Below are positions 1 to 5,284 of a DNA stretch of 6,540 nt, piece by piece; position 1 is the stretch's first letter; each line of letters begins with the position of its first letter. The translations under genes were made by a program, and so were the position numbers. The DNA comes from Leidyana gryllorum EB-2025a (Eukaryota > Protista > Apicomplexa). The notes beneath the pieces were generated by a model. It was not told where the DNA came from, searched no databases, and saw only the letters and a program-made list of their open reading frames with translations. The stretch spans positions 1-6,540 of the forward strand of contig JBLWGC010000103.1 of assembly GCA_048772705.1 (NCBI GenBank), in the 5' to 3' direction.

Positions 1-1
1 A

Positions 2-456
2 TGTTATGTCCTGTTCTTTGAGCCACGTACCCGTAAGTACGCAATAAACTCGCCCTACCTTTCTGCGGGCCATTTACAATACTGGAAAGCTGTGGATGCG
101 ACACATACAAGCTAGATCTGCCAGACTCATGGGGAATGTACCCAAAATTCCACTCGTCACGACTGGAAAAGTGGTACCCACGACAAGGCGAAACCAACTC
201 AGCGCGAGACGAGACGGACACTACGCCAAACGAAGAAGAGACTCTCTACATCATGCAGGACATTGTGGGATGGAAACAGGAGGGCAACCAATTGTACTAC
301 AGAGTCCGATGGGTGGGATATCAAGACGAGAGTTGGGAGACAGCTGAAACAGTACTGGATGCAGACGGTGCGGACTTGATAACCGAATTCAAACACAAGT
401 GGAACAACAAATATCCACGGAACCCGTTCAGTCTAGGGGAAGAGGGAGGGGTGTAA
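2..456 (+). pseudogene. pol: 3' end of Ty3/Gypsy (chromovirus-type) pol of element A: integrase C-terminal GPF/GPY region plus chromodomain, with an apparent 1-nt frameshift near 35-37
   Basis: Frame 1 from 37 reads VRNKLALPFCGPFTILESCGCDTYKLDLPDSWGMYPKFHSSRLEKW (GPF motif), then YIMQDIVGWKQEGNQLYYRVRWVGYQDESWE (chromodomain pattern). Frame 1 has stops at 19-21 and 34-36, while frame 2 (2-36) reads CYVLFFEPRTR, consistent with the segment preceding KL..GPF. The stop TAA (454-456) lies inside the LTR. Confidence 0.88.
435..451 (+). other. Polypurine tract (PPT) of element A
   Basis: AGGGGAAGAGGGAGGGG, 17 purines immediately 5' of the LTR start TGTAAG at 452. Confidence 0.93.
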
Positions 457-612
457 GCGTGTCTCCGGGGAGACCGGCACGGACCGGCATGGAGACACAG
501 ACACGAGTTTTTAGACACACGCACGAACTTAGACTAGAACAAAAACAGATGGACTTACGAAGCGGCCGAGCAGTGCAACCGACCCTAGCAGGTAGCGCCG
601 AGCAAGGCTACA
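452..612 (+). repeat. LTR of Gypsy element A, copy 1 (3' LTR, 161 bp)
   Basis: TGTA...TACA termini, directly after the PPT, identical by eye to 3074-3234. Confidence 0.95.
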
Positions 613-617
613 GTGTA
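613..617 (+). repeat. 5-bp target-site duplication GTGTA, copy following LTR 1
   Basis: The same pentamer occurs at 3069-3073, immediately before LTR 2. Confidence 0.85.
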
Positions 618-1199
618 GATCTTGTCACTATTATAATCCGCGAAGATAGAGGTTCCTTGGATATAGCCTTGGGTACTCTTGACTCCATTGTTTGCTGTTC
701 TGATAGCGATTTCTAGGGCTTGATCGATGTCAATTTTGTCCTCTCGCAGTAGTTTCTTTAACCAGCTCTTTAGTGCCCGTACCGAGTGTGCATGTATTGC
801 ATAGTCCGCGCCCATGGCCCTTCTGCCTTTGGAAACTTCTTCCCTCTCGTAAAATGCTTGAAAGGTCTCTTCACTTATTCCTAGCCCGGGCTCTCTCTCC
901 TCTTCCTCCCGTTCATCCAGTCTTGTGCTGGGATAGCTGGGACGGCGGGGTGGAGCCTCCTCCGACCTAAGCACGGAGCTTAACAGTCCTGAGTTGTCTT
1001 GGCGACTCAAGGCTAGTAATAGTAAGTCGTCCTTGGACAGCTTCTTGGAGAGATTTTCCCATAGTGAAGTTTCCTTTGCCTTGGCCTTTGCCTTAGGCTT
1101 TGGAGCGGCTTGCGTCGGTTGTGGCGGCAGCCCTGGAGGGCCGTCCATGTTGAACGTTCCTTCCGTTGGGTTGGTGCCTTGTGAGTCTGGTTCATTCAT
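613..1199 (-). CDS. ORF1 (putative gag/capsid-like) N-terminal about 195 codons; as inserted it reads on into LTR 1 and stops at 585
   Basis: ORF-track 585..1199. The native part ends ...DYNSDKIYT at the duplicated TACAC. The gag-like role is inferred only from its position upstream of a -1 pol and its basic tail. Confidence 0.75.
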
Positions 1200-1331
1200 T
1201 GTAGTTATAGTTAGTAGAGTAGAATGCAGGAAGAAAAAGGATAATTTTTCTTTTAATTATTCTAGCTTATGCAGAAAACCCTAAGGGTTTTTTCTGGGAC
1301 ACGTCCCATACAGACTTGTCTATACACACAT
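1200..1331 (-). promoter_or_regulatory. Only non-coding spacer of the unit (RT stop to ORF1 ATG), containing four hairpins
   Basis: Inverted repeats (+ strand): AAGAAAAA/TTTTTCTT 1231-1252; AAAACCC/GGGTTTT 1275-1291; TGGGAC/GTCCCA 1295-1308; TACAGAC/GTCTATA 1309-1324 (G-U pair on the minus strand). Confidence 0.55.
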
Positions 1332-2996
1332 TTACCACTTGTCGTAGTTGGCCGTCCTTGCCTGTGTGTGTCTTGGGTCGTAATCGGGAATTTCTTCCCT
1401 AGTCCCTTCGTCTGCTGGATTTAGGTCCGTGGGAACCCATTCAAACTGATCACAGTTGAGTGATAGGAGGGTTCTTCTTGCCTTCTGGCACCAATACTGG
1501 TAATCGCTTCTTGCGAGCGGTGGGGGTTGCTGTAATGTCTTTATCATTAGCGCATTGTCCCCGTAGTATGTGGCCTTGGCTCCCAGACTTTCCGTTAGTC
1601 TTCTGAGCTGTTCAAAATTTCTCTCTAAGAGTTTGGCGCATCCCATGGCTTCCATTTCCGTGGCTGATCCGAACTTTTGATCGAACTTTCTGGCGTCCTG
1701 ATGGACTAGTTCTGATCCCCTAAAGACCTTGAGGACGGATCCAGAGGGAGCTGCATCGGTATAGTAGGCCAGATTGGTGGCGGTAGTCGTTGGTCCCATT
1801 GATAGGACACAGTTAGCGACGCTGTTGCAGGTCTCGATAATGAGACTCCTCCTATTGCCGGAGACATAGGTGTCTCGACTAATGGTACGAAGCGCGGTTT
1901 TGGCCGCCCGGAGTTGTCCGGCCGTCTGGAATCTTCGTAGGTAATGCAACAGTCCGAATCTTCGCTGATACTGTCTGACCGCTTCACACGGCAATTTCCC
2001 TGCCGGGGGTAAGTACGAGAAGAGAGCTTTCTTGTGCTCTTCTGTTGGTGATATTGTCCGGTGTTGGTAGTCGAACTGTAGTCCGAGGATCCTGAGGGAT
2101 GGGCCCTCTTCCGATTTTTCTTCGTTGATCCGTAACCCGGCTCGTTGGAGAGTACTTCTGACTCTTCCGGCGCGCTCACTGGCTGCAGCCCTGTTTTGTC
2201 CTGCGATGAGTACATCGTCTTGATAATATCGAACAAATCGTCGATCTTCGTCCGGCAGTGTTGCCAGGATAGTTCCCATGAACTTATGGAAGGTTCTAGG
2301 TCCTCCTGACACCCCCATTGGCATTCTGACGTATCGATAGTATCGATCGTTGAACGTAAATCCATAATAAGTCCTCTGATCTTCTTTAAGGGGCACTGAA
2401 TGAAATGCCTTTGTGCAGTCGAGCTTGGTGACCCATGGTTGGGCTGCACACCAAGAGTGGAGGACTTCTGGGGTATCGTTTGACACATATCGCCCGGCTC
2501 GTCCGGCTCGCGCGTTGACTGCGGTAAAATCGTGAGTGATTCTGGCCTTGTCGCCTCGCCACACGATGACTGGATTTGACAGAAATTCGGGTCTGCAGTC
2601 GCATTCTTCAATGAACTCGTCTCGTAGTGAATCTCTGATCCACTGTCGATACTTTGCGGCATCTCGCCTTGAGAGCCTTTTCTCTTTGAAGCTTGCTTGG
2701 ACCGCGTCTTTGATGTCGTCATTGAACTCGATGGTTGACGCAGTGGTTGAGTAATCTGGTGAATTTTCCCCGTCGGAAAATTTTGGCTGATAGTCTCTCA
2801 ATCCCGTTGGCTCGGGAGTGCACTCTGGCACACACGCCCCCGATTCTTCCACCTCTGATGTCCCAATATACGTCGGTTTTTGGGACACTATCGTGTGTCC
2901 CAATTTCCTGGACGCATTGGGACATGCCGAACCAATCTTTGGGAATGCCTCTATAGGCTTGTGGGGGCCGCGGTTCCCTTGCCGCGGCCGTTGGAG
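1332..2996 (-). CDS. pol: Reverse transcriptase-RNase H; frame open from 3056 and probably entered by -1 frameshift at 3002-2996 (about 774-aa ORF1-Pol fusion in the rejoined unit)
   Basis: RT motifs: ARITHDFTAVN, TKLDCTKAFHSVPL, RMPMGVSGGPRTF, YYQDDVLI (YQDD at 2225-2214), ILGL. RNase H motifs: YTDAAPSG, EMEAMG, YGDN, WVPTDLNPADEGTR. The ORF-track start at 2903 is only a TTG. Confidence 0.93.
   Translation of the reverse strand, partial: LQRPRQGNRGPHKPIEAFPKIGSACPNASRKLGHTIVSQKPTYIGTSEVEESGACVPECTPEPTGLRDYQPKFSDGENSPDYSTTASTIEFNDDIKDAVQASFKEKRLSRRDAAKYRQWIRDSLRDEFIEECDCRPEFLSNPVIVWRGDKARITHDFTAVNARAGRAGRYVSNDTPEVLHSWCAAQPWVTKLDCTKAFHSVPLKEDQRTYYGFTFNDRYYRYVRMPMGVSGGPRTFHKFMGTILATLPDEDRRFVRYYQDDVLIAGQNRAAASERAGRVRSTLQRAGLRINEEKSEEGPSLRILGLQFDYQHRTISPTEEHKKALFSYLPPAGKLPCEAVRQYQRRFGLLHYLRRFQTAGQLRAAKTALRTISRDTYVSGNRRSLIIETCNSVANCVLSMGPTTTATNLAYYTDAAPSGSVLKVFRGSELVHQDARKFDQKFGSATEMEAMGCAKLLERNFEQLRRLTESLGAKATYYGDNALMIKTLQQPPPLARSDYQYWCQKARRTLLSLNCDQFEWVPTDLNPADEGTREEIPDYDPRHTQARTANYDKW
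1706..2722 (-). CDS. Overprinted ORF (338 aa, Ser/Thr/Pro/Gln-rich) in the +1 frame, wholly inside the RT gene; function unknown
   Basis: ATG at 2722. The frame is stop-free from 2797 to 1709 (363 codons). No recognisable domain. Confidence 0.5.
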   Translation of the reverse strand: MTTSKTRSKQASKRKGSQGEMPQSIDSGSEIHYETSSLKNATADPNFCQIQSSCGEATRPESLTILPQSTREPDEPGDMCQTIPQKSSTLGVQPNHGSPSSTAQRHFIQCPLKKIRGLIMDLRSTIDTIDTSECQWGCQEDLEPSISSWELSWQHCRTKIDDLFDIIKTMYSSQDKTGLQPVSAPEESEVLSNEPGYGSTKKNRKRAHPSGSSDYSSTTNTGQYHQQKSTRKLSSRTYPRQGNCRVKRSDSISEDSDCCITYEDSRRPDNSGRPKPRFVPLVETPMSPAIGGVSLSRPATASLTVSYQWDQRLPPPIWPTIPMQLPLDPSSRSLGDQN

Positions 2997-3002
2997 TTTA
3001 AA
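2941..3002 (-). other. -1 programmed ribosomal frameshift signal: U UUA AAC + 6-nt spacer + pseudoknot
   Basis: Heptamer 3002-2996 is in correct ORF1 phase. Stem 1 GGCCGCGG 2989-2982 / CCGCGGCC 2973-2966. Loop GGGAA 2978-2974 pairs with UUCCC 2945-2941. Inner stem GCCU/AGGC 2958-2947. Confidence 0.85.
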
Positions 3003-3073
3003 CGTTGTTGTTGTCCTCGTCCTCTGGCTCCTCGATTGCCTCCTCCGCCTCGGCCTCTACTGGGCTCCGTGTA
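2951..3073 (-). CDS. ORF1 C-terminal 40 codons (RGG/RG-rich basic tail)
   Basis: YTEPSRGRGGGGNRGARGRGQQQRLNSNGRGKGTAAPTSL*. Begins with the same TAC AC (YT) at which the 1199 ORF is cut. Confidence 0.78.
   Translation of the reverse strand, partial: YTEPSRGRGGGGNRGARGRGQQQRLNSNGRGKGTAAPTSL
3069..3073 (+). repeat. 5-bp target-site duplication GTGTA, copy preceding LTR 2
   Basis: Matches 613-617. Confidence 0.85.
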
Positions 3074-3234
3074 TGTAAGCGTGTCTCCGGGGAGACCGGC
3101 ACGGACCGGCATGGAGACACAGACACGAGTTTTTAGACACACGCACGAACTTAGACTAGAACAAAAACAGATGGACTTACGAAGCGGCCGAGCAGTGCAA
3201 CCGACCCTAGCAGGTAGCGCCGAGCAAGGCTACA
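3074..3234 (+). repeat. LTR of Gypsy element A, copy 2 (161 bp); no PPT before it and no PBS after it
   Basis: Identical to 452-612. Followed by CTACACATCAC rather than CTGGTAGCAG. Confidence 0.95.
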
Positions 3235-3440
3235 CTACACATCACAGCACAGTTACCAAAATACACGCCATACACTCATACAATCATGCATCTCCAGCTC
3301 ATATAGTCTCACAAATCAATACATAACAAGCACGATACCTGTCAACATACTAAGCAACACAACTATATCGTCACAGTCTTTTATTAGCACAATACACACC
3401 ACATCAGACCTTACTTGCGCACGCTACAGCAACCGGAACG

Positions 3441-3803
3441 TGTAGAGAATTGAAAGCTAAACATTCGCGAACACGCAAACACAGTACAATGCAGCGATAA
3501 ACAAGCACATAAACCACATAATCCAAAAACAAACAGCAGTCACAACAGCCATCGAAGCCGACCGAAACGCCGAACCAAAGGTTACAGGCAAACTAGTCCT
3601 AGTTTACACGTGATTCGTTTTTGGTTGCATGAACACACGGGTGTCTCCGCACGGAGACACCGGCAATACAGACACGCGAACTTACCGATCTAGAAATGAA
3701 CACCAGACGCACTAGGCATCAAGTATTCTCCCTCGAGCCATGACCCACCGTTCCAGAACCAAGACAACAGAGAGGGTAGATGAACCAGAGATGGAAACTT
3801 ACA
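3441..3803 (+). repeat. 5' LTR of Gypsy element B (3' end well supported; 5' end at TGTAG 3441 tentative)
   Basis: Ends CTTACA at 3803, followed by C and a PBS. Contains the family hairpin GGTGTCTCCG/CGGAGACACC (3640-3661) and CGAACTTA (3677-3684). There is no second copy in the window to fix the start. Confidence 0.5.
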
Positions 3804-4029
3804 CTGGTAGCAGTGGACTGACGGACTTTGAACCTCACCAGAAAGAATTGCCCACCCAGACCCAGAGTCGGTCCGCACTGACGCAGGACATAAAGCTGGT
3901 GACCCAGCTTACCGGATCATTCACAGGCGACGGCCTGACCGACGCACGGACCCATTTGGACAACTTAGAAGCTTCGTTCGACACGCTCGAAGTCCCCAAC
4001 TCAGTCCGCACACGCATAGCGTGCGGCAC
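3740..4029 (+). pseudogene. gag: gag of element B, 5' part, interrupted by element C
   Basis: FTGDGLTDARTHLDNLEASFDTLEVPNSVRTRIAC aligns with element C gag FDGTESKSARDWIDSCAACFAAARITDDAVRIQAVC. Both share RSRT and YTGSS. A new LTR-type start TGTAAG follows at 4030. Confidence 0.72.
3805..3815 (+). other. Primer-binding site of element B (initiator tRNA-Met type)
   Basis: TGGTAGCAGTG one base after ...TTACA. TGGTAGCAG is complementary to a tRNA 3' end CUGCUACCA, as in many eukaryotic tRNAiMet. Confidence 0.75.
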
Positions 4030-4229
4030 TGTAAGGGGGACGCTCATCGGTGACTGGCCGGGACCGGTTCACCCGTGTGTGTGTCTCCGTCTCCGGGCCG
4101 GCCGGCTCCGGCATTAACGGAGACACAGAGATCAACTTTTAGATTCGAACTTACCTTTTGAGTGCCTGCTTGCCATGGACTTACGCTCTAGAACAATAGC
4201 CGTAGCTTCGACGACTGGAAAGAATTATA
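4030..4229 (+). repeat. 5' LTR of element C (about 200 bp, TGTAA...TTATA)
   Basis: Starts TGTAAG like LTR A. Shares the GTGTCTCC/GGAGACAC hairpin (4081-4126), TTTTAGA, CGAACTTA (4146-4153) and ATGGACTTACG. Followed by C and a PBS. Confidence 0.72.
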
Positions 4230-5284
4230 CTGGTAGCAGTGCGTCGTTCCTCGCGGCTGACAACGACGATATGGAAGGGAACGCCCCCCATAGCACGAAC
4301 CCGACGAAGCCACGAGGAACGGACGGCACGCACCGTGACATACCGACCACACCACCTTCGGAACTCACTGCCGACAGCGAACAACACGCCAAGATGTGGC
4401 GGCAGATAGCGGATACACTTAACCAGGCGCTCCAATGCCCCGCAAGGAAGGAAGTACACACGGACACGCACGATCAAATCTTGACCAAAGCCGAAAAGGC
4501 CTTAAAGAAGCAACCACAATTCGACGGAACAGAGTCGAAGTCCGCCCGGGATTGGATCGACAGTTGCGCCGCTTGCTTCGCAGCGGCCAGGATCACCGAT
4601 GACGCGGTCAGGATCCAAGCGGTGTGCTCCACCTTCAGCGGCGTAGCAGCCAGGTGGTTTATGGCCAGAATTGAGTTACTTGACGCTTCATGGGAGGACT
4701 TTTATACAACATTTCTTAAGGAATTCGACACGGAGGGCAGCATCATGTCCGACATGGCTCGGCTGTCGCTGCTGAAGAAGACAAGTAGCATGGGGACGTA
4801 CGTTGCGGAATTCAAGAAACTGAGTCGCGGAATACCTAAAGCCATTGATCGAGAAACGAGAGCGCAGCTATTCTTCATGGGCCTACCCACGGCGGACCGA
4901 GTAGCACTCTCGGCTTGTCTGAGCGAAGAGATGGACACGATTTACCAGAGGGCCTTACAGTATGGATTACTCAGCTCGTACAACAAACCAACCGAACATT
5001 GCTTAGCCACCAATGAACACAGAGGAACGAGGGTAGGACAGCGATGCAGATACAGTCACGAGGAGTGCGTACAACAACGACGTTGCTTCAATTGCGGATC
5101 CCAAGACCATGTGGCATTCCGATGCCAACACCCCCGCGATGACAAAAGAACGAAACGACCAGCGCCTTCACATAGCCAGGAGAGGAGAGAACCGCCCAGA
5201 CGCGTCTTCGCCACGATTCCACAGGATTTTATGGAAACCCCGGAATCCTTGGCACCGATTCTGAACGGGGAAGCGAAGCCTTAG
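4175..5284 (+). CDS. gag: Gag (369 aa) with retrotransposon capsid region and CCHC zinc knuckle
   Basis: QFDG...ARDWI...G.AARWF...SWEDFYTTFLKEF, YVAEFKKL, and CFNCGSQDHVAFRC (CX2CX4HX4C). Confidence 0.95.
   Translation: MDLRSRTIAVASTTGKNYTGSSASFLAADNDDMEGNAPHSTNPTKPRGTDGTHRDIPTTPPSELTADSEQHAKMWRQIADTLNQALQCPARKEVHTDTHDQILTKAEKALKKQPQFDGTESKSARDWIDSCAACFAAARITDDAVRIQAVCSTFSGVAARWFMARIELLDASWEDFYTTFLKEFDTEGSIMSDMARLSLLKKTSSMGTYVAEFKKLSRGIPKAIDRETRAQLFFMGLPTADRVALSACLSEEMDTIYQRALQYGLLSSYNKPTEHCLATNEHRGTRVGQRCRYSHEECVQQRRCFNCGSQDHVAFRCQHPRDDKRTKRPAPSHSQERREPPRRVFATIPQDFMETPESLAPILNGEAKP
4231..4241 (+). other. Primer-binding site of element C (tRNAiMet type), inside the gag coding sequence
   Basis: TGGTAGCAGTG, identical to 3805-3815. 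Confidence 0.75.

Larger units (their letters stand above)
613..3073 (-). mobile_element. Circularly permuted 2456-bp retroelement unit (ORF1 + frameshifted RT-RNase H + overprinted ORF) with no integrase, recombinase or protease
   Basis: Flanked by GTGTA direct repeats. ORF1 is split between the two ends and rejoins in frame at the repeat. RT and RNase H motifs are intact. Confidence 0.85.

Noticed and set aside
399-716. ORFs 399..716 and 2880..3326 sharing an identical peptide
   Set aside because: They are read-throughs of the two identical LTRs into unrelated flanks, not genes.
1275-1291. AAACCCTAAGGGTTT as a telomere-repeat fusion
   Set aside because: Only about one repeat per side; adequately explained as a hairpin.
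1200-1331. Hammerhead or other ribozyme, or a tRNA gene, in the spacer
   Set aside because: No CUGANGA core and no D/T-loop consensus found by eye on either strand.
2729-2760. DYSTT...FN as a hepadnavirus-like priming tyrosine (HBV LYSST)
   Set aside because: The match is too short. The following TIEF aligns better with the (H)RIEL start of LTR-type RTs, and there is no room for a full terminal-protein domain.
1332-2903. TTG at 2903 as the RT start, or a bacterial RT (retron, DGR, group II intron)
   Set aside because: The frame is open to 3056 across a frameshift signal. An attached RNase H and the eukaryotic LTR context argue against bacterial RT classes.
452-3234. A conventional LTR element with LTRs 452-612 and 3074-3234 and the RT as its internal gene
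   Set aside because: The RT is antisense and non-Gypsy-like. There is no PBS after LTR 1 and no PPT before LTR 2, the duplication is inside rather than outside, and ORF1 is permuted.
3235-3240. CTACAC after LTR 2 is the reverse complement of GTGTAG after LTR 1; also considered as a self-priming PBS
   Set aside because: A 6-bp match may be chance or target preference, and no complement of this segment was found within the LTR.
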